NCBI GenBank assembly: GCA_021613535.1
Contig: CP075497.1
Span: 1,984,001 to 2,048,000, forward strand
DNA from: Adineta vaga
Lineage: Eukaryota; Animalia; Rotifera
Reading direction: 5' to 3'
DNA length: 64,000 bases
Shown here: piece after piece, positions 41,776-56,638 of the stretch
How positions within the stretch are numbered: the stretch's first letter is position 1
Layout: each line of letters opens with the position of its first letter
Made by a program: the position numbers and the translations under genes
The notes under the pieces: generated by a model
The model's database searches: none
Seen by the model: only the letters and a program-made list of their open reading frames with translations
What the model was told of the DNA's origin: nothing

Positions 41776-44677
41776 ATGTCCTCCGAAGATGAAGAAATGG
41801 AAGTAAATAAAGAGGAGATCGAAGACGATGATGATGATGATACATCAAGTGATTCTTCTGAAGAACAAATTGATGATGCTAAACAAGAAAATGAATTAAT
41901 TGCACTTCGTGAAACTGTTCAATCAAATTTATATAATTATGATTCTCATATTAGTTATATCACATTAGCTCGTCAGTATGGTAATCTCGAACATTTACGT
42001 TTTGCTCGTGAAAAAATGTCGGAAGTCTTTCCATTAACTGAACAACTTTGGCTTGAATGGATTTCTGATGAAAAACAATTATTAGTCTCAACAACTGAAG
42101 AAAATCCAAAATTAATTCAATTATTTGAACGTGCGATTCAAGATTATCTATCAATAATGATTTGGATTGAATATGTTCAATACCGAATTTCATATTATGT
42201 TTCCAAACAGGCGGTTGAAGAGTTACGAACTTTATTTGAACGTGGACTTAGTTCATGTGCTTATCATTTAACAAACGGAAGTCTTCTTTGGGCAGCATAT
42301 ATTGAAACAGAAAAGGCAATTCTAAATGGAATTTATTTGAATTATAAACAAAATAATGAGAATTCAGATTTGAAAGAAAAGATTTTTCAACATGTCGAAC
42401 ATATTTTAACATTATATCGTCGACAATTAACAATTCCTTTACGTGGAATGAATGACATTTATTATAAAGATTACAATGAATTTTGTCAACAATATAAAGA
42501 ATATTTACCAACGAATTATACGGAACAATATGATTTGAAATTGAAACGAGATTTTGATCGTGCATTTGAACGTTTAGAAAAATGTGAAAAATTTGAAAAG
42601 GAATTAGAAGATACAAATAGAAGTGCAGCAACTTATAAGAAATATATTGCATTTGAAAAAGATCCAGCAGGAATTCAATGTCTCTATGAACGCGCAATCG
42701 GTAAGAATAACGTGAAGTAACATGATTAATTGATTGAAATTTTTATTTTAGTTGATAATTGTCTTGACGGTGATACATGGTTATCATATACTAATTTTGT
42801 GGAAGAATCCAATCTTTCTCCGACCATTCGTCAATCAATTTTTGAACGTTCATTACGTAATTGTCCATGGGTAGCGGGATTATGGATACAGTATGCTGAA
42901 TATATGGAATTGAGTAAAACTGCTGATCATACCCAATTAAAACAGATCTATGATCGTGCTTTAAATTCTGATCCAACAAATTTAGTTTCATTTGTTGAAA
43001 TACAATTATCATATTTTCAATATCGTCATCGTCATTATCTTCAACATTTGAATACACCTGATCAATGTGAAACTTTAAAAGAAGAAATTCGTCATGCATG
43101 TGAATCTGCTTGTAATCAATATCAAGAATTGTTTCTTTCATCAGCTGATCCAAAATTATTCTTGAAATATAATGCTCAATTAGAACTCTATTGGATTCAT
43201 TTAGAAGTTCAATCATTTCGTTCTATTGTACAAGCACGACAAATTTGGAATGGTCAAACATTAATGAGTAAATCACATAATCAATTAATTGCAAATCTTT
43301 GGAAGAATTATTATTATACAGAAATTCATTATGGAGATGAAAAACATGCGAGAAGAGTTTTATATCGAGCTGTAAATCATGTTGAAGCAATGGATTATCC
43401 AACAAGTATTTGTGAACTTTTATTAGATCATGAAAAAAAATATGGAACAATTGAACAATTAAAAGAAACAAAAGATTTATTGAGAACTGTTCAAAAGAAA
43501 TTCATTCCAAAAGAACAACCACAAAAACAACAAGTCAATAATAAAAAACAGAAAGATTCAAAACCAAAATCAAAGAAAACGACAAATAATCAAATGGATA
43601 CAAGTAGAATTTCTTTTCTTTAAATTCAAATTCAAAAGTACTTACTTCTCTTTCTTTATTTTAGCTGCTCCTCCTGTTCATACTAATGGTAATACAAGTA
43701 ATCAACAAAAATCATCACCTCGGAAACGAAAATTATCACCCGAAGAAGCACAAACTGTTAAAAAGAAACCCACACCTGCAACGATCGATAGTGATGGTTT
43801 CAAAATTCCTGCACCGCCACCACCAACAGTAGCAACAGCAGCAGCAACCCCAATTCTATCTTCTTCAACACCTTCTTCTACTAAAACATTCATTAAGCCA
43901 GCAGATATCGATCATCTCAATACTGTATTTGTTGCTAATCTTGCTTATGAAACCGATGAAGAAAAGATTCGTGAAGCACTTTCAGCCGCTGGCTCAATAA
44001 AAGCCATTCGTATTGTTAAACATGAATGGTCCGGTAAATCGAAAGGTTTCGGTTATGTTGATTTCGATACTGTTGAAGGTTCTCGTCAAGCATTAAAATT
44101 AGATCATACACCAATTGATGGTCGTCCAATGTTTGTTAGTGTTTATGATCCGAATAAATCTACCTCAGATGATTTATCAAAGAAATTTAAATATTCAACA
44201 AAACTAGAACAAACTAAATTATTCATATCAAAATTACCATTTTCAGCAACGAAAGAACATGTTGAGAAAGTGTTCAATGAAAAAGGTTTTCAAGTTAAAG
44301 ATGTTCGTTTAGTTACACATAAAAGTGGAAAATCCAAAGGACTTGCTTATGTTGAATTTCATGATGCACAAACAGCTTCTCAAGCACTTATTCAAGTTGA
44401 TGGAACAGTTCTTGATGGACACACAATCAGAGTTGCTATTAGTAATCCACCACAACGTAAAGATCCAATAAAGTCAACATCTGATGAAACGAAACCGACA
44501 TCTTTGGGTGAAGCACCGAAAGCTACAGGACCAAGAGGTAGAGGACACTCACAGATTGCATTAGTACCAAGAAGATTAGCAATCGGTACCACAACACCCA
44601 AAAGCCAACCAGCAACAGTCATGGCAAATACAAAGAATAATGATGACTTTAGAAAAATGCTTTTAAATGAGAAATAA
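41776..44677 (+). CDS. SART3: SART3/Tip110 (U4/U6 recycling factor); 3 exons
   Basis: Acidic N-terminus, HAT repeats (FPLTEQLWLEW, ERSLRNCPW), two RRMs (SGKSKGFGYVDF, SGKSKGLAYVEF) and the C-terminal LSm-binding NDDFRKML. Introns at 42701-42751 and 43604-43664. Confidence 0.95.
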
Positions 44678-45142
44678 ATTCTTTTTTCGTTGTGGATCTT
44701 TTTTCGATGATTTGTAATTTATATTAAAAAAACAGATAAAAAGTTAAAATTGGATTACTTCATGTATTTTCTGCGATCGTTAGTCATACAAATCGTCGTA
44801 GGAAGAATCATTTCCTTTTCGAGTCTATTCCAGAAACTTCTAATGTTATTGTTTGATATAGCTGATGAAATAAACTTTTCAATGATTAAGTACACGAGAA
44901 TTTCCATGAAAAAAAAGTGGACAAGTGTCGAGTTAATTACGAGTTCAGAATTAATAACCCGAGGGCAATTTAATTCCTTTGTCCAAGTATGCTTCAGGCT
45001 CAAACGGAATGAAACTCGCAATCACGGCTTGTCCGATTTAAGAATACGATGAAAAAGGTATTTATTCTGTTTTATATTAGTGATGGTGCAATATTTTTTC
45101 ACTCCTCTCAATTTATTACCTATGATCAACGAGCACGTCGAA

Positions 45143-45238
45143 ATTGCATCACGGTTTGGCAAGACCCAACATAGCAACGGTTGCGCAAGATTTCATCAGA
45201 CTTGTTCTAGCTTCTTCCTCGAGATAGAAAGTATATAA
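45143..45238 (+). promoter_or_regulatory. TATA box with C/EBP-ATF (CARE) and C/EBP sites
   Basis: ATTGCATCA 45143-45151, TTGCGCAA 45181-45188, ATTTCATCA 45190-45198, TATATAA 45232-45238. Confidence 0.55.
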
Positions 45239-45281
45239 GTCGCATTGCAAGTCGAATGGATTCAGTTTTCATCAACAAACA

Positions 45282-46011
45282 ATGCCTTCCAAACGTCAAT
45301 CACAAAATGCTTCACTTGCGCCTGAACAAAAACCAACAAAATCAATCGTTGCATCGCACGTTTCAACAGGCGAAAATGTTAACAAAATTATGATCGATTT
45401 AGGACACAATTATGTGGGTGCGGAAAAAGTTTCTCAACTTTATGGTAAAGATGGAAAAGCAATTTCTGCCATTCGCATCGATTTTAGAACGGAAAATCTG
45501 GCAAAATCCATTCTCGATCAAGGTTTCATTCTCATCGATGGAAAACGATGTCCAGTTCGACCATATCAACCACTCATCTGTCATCGATGTCACGAAGAAG
45601 GACATCATGTTTCTCAATGTCCACAAAAACCATTGACGGAACAACGTATCATGGAATTGCTCAGACAACAACAAATGTAAGATCAATCATATCACTCTCA
45701 TTTCATCTATTTCTTTTCTCTTTCACAGGCAACTTCAGTCGATGATGAATGCATTTGAAAACAAATGGAATGCACAATTATCATCATTGAATACTTCTTC
45801 GACTTCGTCGTCGTCGTCAGCGAATAATAATAATATTGATAAACTGGTTCCAATTGTGAAAGAATTGACAACTGTTTGTCAGCAATTCAATCAACAAAAT
45901 GTTCAGATACAACAACAACTCAATGGTGTTGTTAATCGAGTACGAGATGTACAATTACAAGTAACAAATGAACAAGTACGATTACCATTCTTTGCTCAAA
46001 ATGGACATTAG
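45282..46011 (+). CDS. LINE ORF1/gag-like RRM plus CCHC zinc-knuckle protein with Gln-rich coiled coil; 2 exons (copy 1)
   Basis: AIRIDF..ILDQGFILIDGKRCPVRPYQPLI-CHRCHEEGHHVSQC (CX2CX4HX4C). Intron 45677-45728 joins the two ORFs in frame. Confidence 0.85.
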
Positions 46012-49000
46012 AAATGAAAAAATAAAGCAACGATTTATTATTTGGAAAGAAACATCTAGTCGAAGTTGTGATAAAGATATTTTTCAAATTCAAGACGTTT
46101 ATCAGTTTTCTAGGAAATTCAAAATTTTATATTTATATAATAAAGAAATGAAATATATCTCTGACATAAAACAAACTATTTATACACACATGTATGTTAT
46201 TCTGTCTCATAGATATAAATCATGATAGAAACATCTGTAATCATATTCTCTCTTCTCTTCAAGGTTCATTCTATGATCTAATCATTCTAAAACCATGAAA
46301 TCATGTTCTCGGAATGAATAACTAATGAATTTCTTTCTCCTGACACAAACTATTTGTGACAAACGTGATGAATTACAAAATCATATCATGATTTACTTCG
46401 AGAATTAATCATTCAATTCTCTTTTACATTTTAAAAATACATCGGAAATGAACATTAACATTCTATTGAATTGCATATGAATAAGAATGATTTCAAACAA
46501 TTTACGATGACATCGATGATCTTCAAAAGAAGAAAAGAATGACGATTTTATTAGACTTCTTTTATCATATAAAGTTCGATATGATTTTGTCAATTAGTTC
46601 TTATCAGACTGACTGATATGAATCAAATTAAACTTAAACATCAAAACTAACGATGACAATCAAACACTTTGAATTCAAGTGAATTTAGGTCATTGTTACT
46701 ATATTCTATTTTCATTCTGTCTACTAATAAAAGAATTGATCATATTCATCTATATAAAGAACACTTCAATTGTCCCGTATATTATCAAAAGAGAATGTCC
46801 AGACAAGGGGTTTCTTTGTTGAACACAAAGTAGATAGTTAAATTCAAATCAATCAACTAGAACTATAAGACAAAGTAGTATATTAACAAATGAAATTTCC
46901 TTATTTTGATCACCTTGATAATGGTTCAATAGATCACTACAAACTTTCTTTTCTTTGCTTGATTTAATTGAGATTAAGAAAGATCTCTTCTAATATGCCA
47001 ATTAGAATTAAATAAGCTAACTGATGATGCAGAAAGATTCATTCCGGTATAGTTAATTTATCTTTAGATTGTCTAGAAAAACAATCATTCGTATAACTTC
47101 TATTGATTTGGTTTGTTAGCGAAAGAAAAACAAATTATTTCATCGTATAACCTTCGGATATCCGGAGATAAGATTTCCCTTTGTCAAAACATCTCTTATG
47201 TATATTTTCAATAAGAACAAAAGAAAAAATCATTTCTTCTGCTACATGATGATTAGCTCGATATAACATCAAGCCTTGGGTGATTATCGAATGTTCCCTA
47301 TGGTGTATAAGATTCTATATCTAAGAGTGTCAACATCTTCGAACAAAAGAACAGATTATATATATCTATCTACCGAGAAGAGAAAAAAAAGGCAATATCG
47401 AACATCGTTATAGAAATCTATTTCTCCTTGGTTGTCTTGTTATGATTGTATGTCAAAATGTGTCTTATGTGAATGTATATCTTCGATGAGTTAATTACAC
47501 TTTCCCATATTTTGCAGTACACTTGAGAAAAAGAAAAAGGCCGATTACAACACACGCTCATGTTAATAAGCTAGTTGGAGACCTAATGTCAGCAAATTTT
47601 TTTTCTTTTTCTTTATTCTATTCCATTCCTTCTTTTTCTTCTCTTTGGTCAAACAAAGGGTAGAAGATCTAATTTCTCGTTCATATATACACACCAATTT
47701 ATGATGTGAAAAAAGGAAGTGCAAAGAAAAGGCATTGAACTTTTTACGTCATCATCTTATAGGAATATGATCGAAGTACTATTGTTTGTTCATTCGATTG
47801 GCTCTAACCATCTAAAGTTCAATCAAATCGTCAATAATGAATCATTTTTTTCCATCAATATAAAATTTGATGACATTCGTTACATACTGTGTTCTCGAAT
47901 GCGAAAGTTCGATGAATGGATTAGCAGGTGTTTGTTTACAATGATTCCATTGAGAAGAAGAATGAAGAACAAGCCGACAAAATTAGCTGCAGCTGTTTAG
48001 TGTTATTCGACTTAGAGTGAGAAGCTAGTTGAGATATGATTTCATGCTGGTTTTATCAAGGTTTTATTGACACTCGAAGATTCAACCGAAATGAACATGT
48101 AATACTCTTTTCTTCTTCTCTTGGTCAATAACCTTTTCGAACTTGAATGATGATGATGATGATAGTGCTCATTTGTCTGTTGATTGAGAGCGTGTTTATT
48201 TCCTCTAGTAAAGATCTAACATGATTGTACGGTGTACAGCCGATGGCACTAACTATTGCTTATGCTCACGCAATTCTCTTTTTTTTCCCGTTCTCATTAT
48301 GTCAGTATATATATATATGGATAAATGTATGTAGATTACGTGTTCTGGAATTAGCCGACACAATACATGACATACGACGATGTGAGGAAAGCATGAATCT
48401 ACTCACAGATGGTCAAAATTAGCAAGTAGCAAAGCCTTTGGACATCACGAGCGGTATTGTACTAACGACTCATCACAATAATTATAGACAAGTGCTTTTT
48501 GATTGTTCTTTCTATATTTAAGTTTGCATCAATAAGATACACACTTGTCATCGGTTATATACACATCCGTTCGATTGGCACTAGTAGTAGTAGCAATAGA
48601 ATAGCCTTCGAGTAGGTCATCTTTTCTCTTTTCTCATCATGCTTTTCAGAGAATCAAGAGAGAAAGATACACACACACACATATACACAAAGCCAAGTGC
48701 TTGATGGTGTTCCCTTCTTCTTTCTTACTTCCGTCCATTATAGACTTAACTTCCAGTTCTTTCTCTCACTCTCCTTTATATGTTAGATTCGGGTGTCGCC
48801 TACTTTTCCCTTAAGTCGGCATTCGTATATACAACAAAACCTTCCTAATAAAAAAAGAGAAAGAGAATGAATAAATCGTTTACCCCTTATTTCAAGGTAA
48901 TCAATTGCTATTAAATGATTGTGTTCATTTATCCATTCAATCGATCGTTTGTTCGTCAAGCAAATTATCCATATCGTATGCGTGTGAATTTCTTTGAAAA

Positions 49001-52000
49001 CATAAAAACGAGAACATGAATCTTTCTAATTAGAGACACACTCATTGAAGACTAACAATAAGATTGATATCGCACGAAAAATAGACATGATTTCTAATTG
49101 AATATAAAGACATCTTCTTTCGAAACAGTGAACACGTGTATGTAAGTTTTCTTTTCTAAAATTTCGAGTTCTTCTTTTTCTTTTTGATAATCATCTAATC
49201 TTTGTCTTACACGAATTAATCGTCTTTCGTTCGTTTCATCTGATTATGCATCTTTATATCTATTCGATCATAATCAAATATATTTTGTTATTGTTTTTCT
49301 TCTTCTCTTCTCTTCTCTTCTCGTCATCAGATGTAGCAGATGAACATCCGTGTCTATATAAACTACATAATTTCAATCTGATGCCGCATTTCCATTTCTA
49401 TAGTCGAGACGATTAATGAATATTCAACACGAAAAGTCTGCTTTGCGTGTCAAACGAACATCTGACGACGTTCAATGTCAACAAGTATCGTTTAATCACT
49501 ATCTTTTCATATATATATATATAGAGAGAGAGAGAGTGAAAGAATGAAGTTTATTAACACATTTCTTTCGGTGAGTTTTAAAATGCATTGAACCGCATCG
49601 TTTATCTTGATTATAGAGATAAAAAACATCGAGAACAACCTTGATGGTGCATAATGTTCTGTTTTACAATTGAGTGCGCATAAGAATTTGTCTTATCTCA
49701 TCCTTCTTTTTATACCTTCGAAACCAACAACTGACATTGACTACTAAGACCTTGAATCAAAGGAGAGAATTCTTTGATTCTGTCTAAAAATTTATGCGCT
49801 TGCCTGAACATTCTCATTTCATCATAGCACATCGTAATTTAATCTTTCTCGTTGTATTCCTCTTGCTATTCGTCATTTGACAAGAGAGATCGTTTTACGA
49901 TGTCGTCGACAATTCCTTTTTTTTTCTCTTTTCTCCTCTGAACTCTTTAAAAGAAAGACATTCAAGTTTATTTCTTTTCCTCATTTTTCCTTTTTCTTTT
50001 GTTTGATTGAAATATAATTAGAATGAATAACGAAGGTAACTCTTTTTTTTTCAATATACCACTGTATACATTTGACTTTTCATCTTGATTGCAACTACTT
50101 GATCAGAGAAGAACTATGTTTTCTCATTGTTCTTGAACGAAGTAATTTTTTATTTATAAGAAAGAAAAATTTTCTTGCGATCGAAGAAATGTTAGTTTTT
50201 CTAATTCTTCTTCTTCTTCTTTCTCTAAATTCAATATTTGCGTTCGTTGTGGAAATGATCGACTAGTCATTCGCATATGTACAAGAGAAAACGCCTCATT
50301 CACGCGAATGTATGCTTAGTGATTGATCATTGAGTATACATATATGCATAGAATATGAACAAGGGAAATGGGTTAGCAAATAATCGAAATGAGGAAATCG
50401 AAAGATGAGTAAATGTACATTAGAATTTTCTAAAAATGGTCAAACATAGTTCATTATTATCGAACATAGAAAGAGTGAGTAGAGAAGAAAAAGAAAAGAA
50501 ATGTTCATTCGTTCATATTTCTTTCTTTCCAATGCCTCGATGAACAAAATTGTAATCTAATTTTTCATTTTCTGACAGCTTGTATATTGAGCTGTTTTTG
50601 TGTTATGGTATCATTATTCATTTATATCACATATTTTTTTCATTTGTCACCTAAATATTCACGCTTTCACTTTTATTCTATTTCTTCTTCTCCTCCCCTT
50701 GCGTCTAATACCTCGTTATACAATAATAATAAATCGATTGTAATAAAAAGAAGAATCCTTGTTCTTAATCGATATAAAGAAATCAGATTACGAATTAAGT
50801 TGAACGTTTTTCTTTTCGTTAAACATGTCGTGTCATCTTTTAACAATACTATTCATAAATTAAATCATGTAATATATGAGAATAGAATATGTACATGTAT
50901 GTGTGTGATCATGATCATTTTATCAATTGTTTAAATGTCTTTATTATATATATATTTGTGTGAGAGAGTTCATACATCTATTCAAGATAACCCTGCGGCG
51001 TCAATGTTCCCATTACTAACTAGATCGTATGTATAGTAAAGATATTTTCAATTTTTATTGTCAATCGATAGGGTGGTATGGACAACTATCGAGGATACAG
51101 ATCATTGAACGCAAAGAGGTTGATGAATTGCCTGTGATTTGCCCTGTGCTATGTGTATACATATACATATATATATATATATATATATGAGAGCACCTCT
51201 AATTGCCGGTGGTAGTTGAGATATGAAAGAAAAAAGGAGAGAGAGAGAGCGAGAATGTCGATTCATTGAACATCGAAGAGTATATAGATGTGATTCAAGT
51301 TACAATAAGAACCAAGGATAAGTTGTTCGATTTGAGTTACCTTTGTAGATTTCTTCTAAAAAGAAATAAAAGATGATAGTGTTAAACAAGTATCATTAGA
51401 TCAAGTAGAGTTTTAGTTTTCTTTTTTGTTCAATTAGGTTTTTTTTATTCTTCAAGAGATCAAATTTTTTCTTTTTTCATTTTAGATAGATTATAAATAG
51501 AAACCCTAGAGGTAAAAAATTACAAAGATAACGATGTTATTCAATAAATCTACATCAAATTCATTCCTTTCTCTTTCTTTCTTTTCTCTTTTGTTTTTCT
51601 TCTCTTCTTTTCTAAACATGTTAGTCATATGTTTATCGAAATAGTAGTGGTCATTCAGAACGACAACGACGAGACGAGAAGGTAAGAAGAATACACATAT
51701 ATACATCGAGTGGCATCTAATGATGCCTATAAGCAAAACAGCAGCTTTTGTAGAAAAAGAAATAATTTAGATGTTGATTAGGATAGTGTTAGATCTTTCT
51801 TTTTGTATCTGTCCCGGAAGATGATGAGATCGTGTACGTTTTTTTAAGCTAAAGATGTATATATATATATACATGATGATTACCAGACAGGCAGACAACG
51901 AATCTTTTTATCTTGATGTGTATGTATAACGTTGTTTGGACTCGTAAATCACTTTCGGTCGAACACACACACGTACACATTCTTATATATATATCTATCT

Positions 52001-55000
52001 ATATAGATGGATAGAAAGAAGTAGAAGAAAAAGAAAAGAAGTATACGAGGATATGTCCCTTGAGCAGCTGGTGCTAATCAGAATTGATTTGCGTGTATCT
52101 TCAGTCAGTGTACTGACTGGATCATTAGAGACCCATCTGCGAAATGAGCCGATCAATGAATGTTAGTTAGAAGTTGTGAACGATTGATTTATTTTCTATG
52201 TACATTTGACCACGCCCGTCTGTCAATGCTAGTAAACTTTCATATGTGTTCAATTGATTATTGACGATGAACACCTTGAAAAGAATTTTGATTCTCATAA
52301 TTGAATAGAGTGAATGAATGTTCATTGAAAAGTCCTGTCATAATAATTGTCGTTTCGTGTAGTAGTTTTTCTTCTTCTATATACACGAATTCTACGTTCA
52401 ACAGCTGGAGGTCAATGATGGCACTCCACCATCATTTTTCTTATTCGCATGTGGACGACGATGATGATGATGATGATGATCAACATCATTCATATGTATA
52501 CTGAACATTTATCGATGACACGCACACAGACATACACGGTTCACATGTTACTTTTTCCTTCTTTTTCGTCGAACTTTTCTAAGTGAGTAATAAACAGTTG
52601 GAAATTCGAACATATGTGTGAAGCTTTATTCACGGTACAACTGATTTCCTCTATCTGCTCGATTACATCGTTGATCAAAATGTTTATCGATTTTGTTGTT
52701 GTTATTCGATTTTTCAAAAGAATCAATAGAAATTTCCGGGAATGAAGCCTGGAATCGAAATATAAACAAAACTATGAGCAGGTGAAAGTCAAACGATACA
52801 AAAAATAGATAGATATGTATACACATTTAGCCATCTGCGTTATATTCGTGATTATTTTATCTATTGAAGAAAAGATCCTTTTGTCTATTCTATTCACTAA
52901 AGAGCATCATTTCCTTATCATGTCTCCTGTTGCGGAGTTCTATCGTAAAAGATTATAAGAAAAGAAAGCAAATGGATGAGAGGGAGAGAGAGAGAGAAAA
53001 AGGTCATGCAATCACATAGTCTAGTTCATATTTTTTTCAAATCCATGACGTAGTATTAGTGCGTGCGTGTGATCCACAGGGGAGCTTCTGGTATTTTGAT
53101 TCGAATGCCCCATTATTTCCGACAATAAAATCAGTATATAAAAGAGGATACGTGGCCATCACAAAATCATTGTTTTACGTGTCAGAACAAATTAATGATT
53201 AATATCATTATTTGACTTTTTTTGGTCAAGATACTCCTGTCAATTCTTTCTTTCTTTCTTCCTATTCCCATGTTCTAGATCACGGACAAAATATGTATAT
53301 ATATACATATACCTACATTTGTTAGCTTGTTTATATATAGAAATATCTACTATCTATTGACGAACATTTGGTCATTTATTTTATTCGACAGCTATGGTTT
53401 ATGAGGCGGACAACAACAAACATCTATATGTATAGAGAAAGATATAGATAGGAGAAAATGAGATTTATAGACCTATAAAAATGTCATTTCATAAGATAGA
53501 ACTAATCATTCTTGATAGAGTATTTGAAATGCAATTGACAACATATTTTTTCAATCAATAACGATAGTGTTGATTCGATATTCGTTTTATTGACTTAAGA
53601 CCGTTTGGCTTTATATCGTCGTCTGCCATTTGATCTGTCATTTTTTTTCTTTTAATTTTGCTATTGCCTTCTTTTGAGCAGATTATGACTTCTTTTCCTC
53701 TCTCTCTCTCTCTCTGTCTGTCTTATGTCATTCACTTGATGAAGTAAAGTTTGACAAAGAAATGTTCATCTAATCTATCGAAGGGAGGAAAGAAAACGAA
53801 TGATAGAGCGGTCTATATTTTTGTTTTGTTTCAAGAGTCTAGTCTTATCTTTTTAACGAAATCATGAATGAAGAGAAGGTCAAGTGGTAACTACTGTTTG
53901 ATCATTCATGATACATACATGTAACTGAACATGCGCATATGTAGAATGGAAAAAAATCTGCAATGTATCATCGACTTGTATAGAATAGAAAGATCAGAGA
54001 AACAAAACCGAGTGTTCATAAAACAGCTCAAGGCAAATGTGTAATCATTAGATTTTTTTTCAGTGAGAGAGAGAGCAAAAAGCAAAAGAAAAGTTGACAA
54101 TTAGCTTTTGTATTTCTACATGTGTATATATCGAGTATATGTCAATATTTGATACAACGTCTCTCTTATTTTGCCTTTCGATAATGATCGTATAGGTACG
54201 ATAATCTTTCCTACGAAATAAAGTCGTAGATGGCGGCAGCACTTGTACATTTAATTTCAACATAGAGTGAGAGAAAGAGAGAAGAGTAAATAAGAGATCG
54301 AGTATGTTTGAACAGTTTAAAGTCCTCACCGAGATGATCGAAGGAGAGAAGAGAAGAAGAAACAACGATTGATCGAGCATGATCCGTGTGAAAACAATGA
54401 ACACAAGGATACCTTAGAAAGTCAGTTCGATAGAGAGACATAGAACTGCAAGGATATATGATGTAATTTGATATGTACATGTTTACCAGAAGCAAAAAAA
54501 AGAGAAGGAAGAGGTAAGTTCTTTTCATCATTTTTTGTTAATGTTAAATTCAAATCAAAAGTTAGGTAATGTACAAAGAAGAAATGATTTCTATTTCTAT
54601 TAGAAAATGTAAAGATTATAAGATACTAAATTAAATCTTTGCTTTTTCCCCTTCTTCTTCTTCTTCTATTTCATGCGAGACACGACCATTAACAAGAGAA
54701 TAGCAACACATTATAAGAATGATGATGATTTTGTGTTAGGAATGGTCAATAGTCATCAAGGGAATTACATTCAGCATGTCTCCTATTGACCAGTGGTCGT
54801 ATTTTTCTCTTCACGCTTTTTATTCATCTTTTTATACACTCTCTTGTCATAATTATTCAAATGGTTCATATTTCTCGCCTCGTCGCGGCGATAGATGTAA
54901 CTGATCCCTTTTAACATTCGTCCTGGTCGAGACGGAAGGAAATCTGTCGTGTGACTTGACATAATTGTCCTTTAACATTCGTTCATACACTGTGTCATCA

Positions 55001-56638
55001 TTTCATTTTCTATTTCTCTCGACATATATATTACGCTAGGGCACGACACTCTATGATTAGATGTTTTTTTTGCTTTCTAGTTACTTGTTAGAACATGCAT
55101 TTACAATTAGCTATTCATTCATTCATTCATTCTGTCTGTCTAAACTTGAACATTATACTTGTACTATTCACATTTTCTTCACTCGATGAGTACTAGTTAT
55201 TTTTTCAAGTGTAGATACAGTGAAATTTGAGTCGGAATTGATTTGAACTTAAATTGACTTTTACTTGCGTCATAGACTTATGCGAAACAGAATGAGGGAT
55301 CAAATGTAAGAAGGTATGTTTTTTTAAGCCGGATAGACACACAGAATACCTTTTTTTTCTTTCTAATAATATATATATTTATATATAAATACATTGTTAA
55401 TCGAGCTCTAATGTCACGTCATCAATGTTGAAAAAAAAACGAAGTGTTGATCAAACTCCCACTTGCGTCATCCATTATGTATTGACACTTGGTTTTTGTA
55501 CCGGTATATTTGAACATCGACATGCCCCCATGACGTATTAAATGCTCATTATGATGATGGTGGTGGTGGTCAGTCGTCGCCGCCAGTGGTAGTTACATGA
55601 AAAGAACGAACGAAGAAAAAGAAAAGACGCTAGGCGCGTTCGTTAAAGCGTGAACATCGCTTTTTTTCTTTGACGATTTCATTCTAGACACGGATCAACA
55701 TGAATTGTTACTAAAAGAAAGATGCACATGTGTGGACGATGCCACATAGGCACGTTCGATTTGCCATACGGGCCACTGAACACAGTGTGTGCATACATAA
55801 TACACCCGTAAGGCATGTCGTTGCATAGAACACATTCTTTTTTTTTGTTCTCTCTTCTGTTCGTTCCCTATTCTTCTTTCAAATAGAGCTTACCTGTAGG
55901 CGGTCAGTCATCGGTCGATGGAATGCTAATTAAAAGTGAATCCCTTTTACCCACTCATTCGTCAGCTTTTTTTTCTCTTTATCTTCTTTATTTATAGACC
56001 ATTCATTCCAATGTTTATTTCTGTTGAACAGCCGTGCACATAATGAGCTTTGTTTTTTTCCTTTTACTTATCTGTTCAATTCCAGCAGCATGTTATTTAT
56101 TGTTCTCTATCGAATCTTCTAAATGCACGGCATGTCGTCGTCGCGCACCTGATATTGATTTGCATACGGGACAACATCGTGTGTGTCTGATTGCTGAACG
56201 ATAACCTATTACCATAAATTAACACCGAAGAGAGGAAGAAGGAGAAGAAGAAGATAGAGAGAGTATGAACGCATAAACAAATAGAAGTCGCACCCACGTG
56301 TGACGACAAGACATATATCGATATACCAGAAATGATCAATTCATTCATTTGTTTTTTTTCTATTTGTATATGCGGCAACAAAGATAGTCTAATATTGACA
56401 TTGAATAAATTCGATCGGCTGAATGCCAATGCAATTCTCTCTTTTTTTCTCTCTTTGACATGTGTCAAAAAAAAGATATAAGAATGAGTATCGCGGCATC
56501 GGCATTCCTGATCTAAGGTTAAACATATATATATAAATACATGTTATTATTGCTTCTGTCTATTTTAGATATATAGAAAAGATGGTCTTCTTATTTATCA
56601 CAAAATAGCAATAACAATATCTTTGTATATAGAATATT

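Noticed and set aside
41960-43471. Several 77-149-aa antisense ORFs
   Set aside because: Shadow frames of SART3 exons.
44750-45052. Opposing 88-100-aa ORFs between SART3 and the ORF1-like gene
   Set aside because: No motifs and non-ATG starts; not an RT or endonuclease remnant as far as I can see.
47700-56470. Many 60-120-aa hydrophobic ORFs
   Set aside because: Low-complexity T-rich or A-rich noncoding translations without splice-consistent structure.
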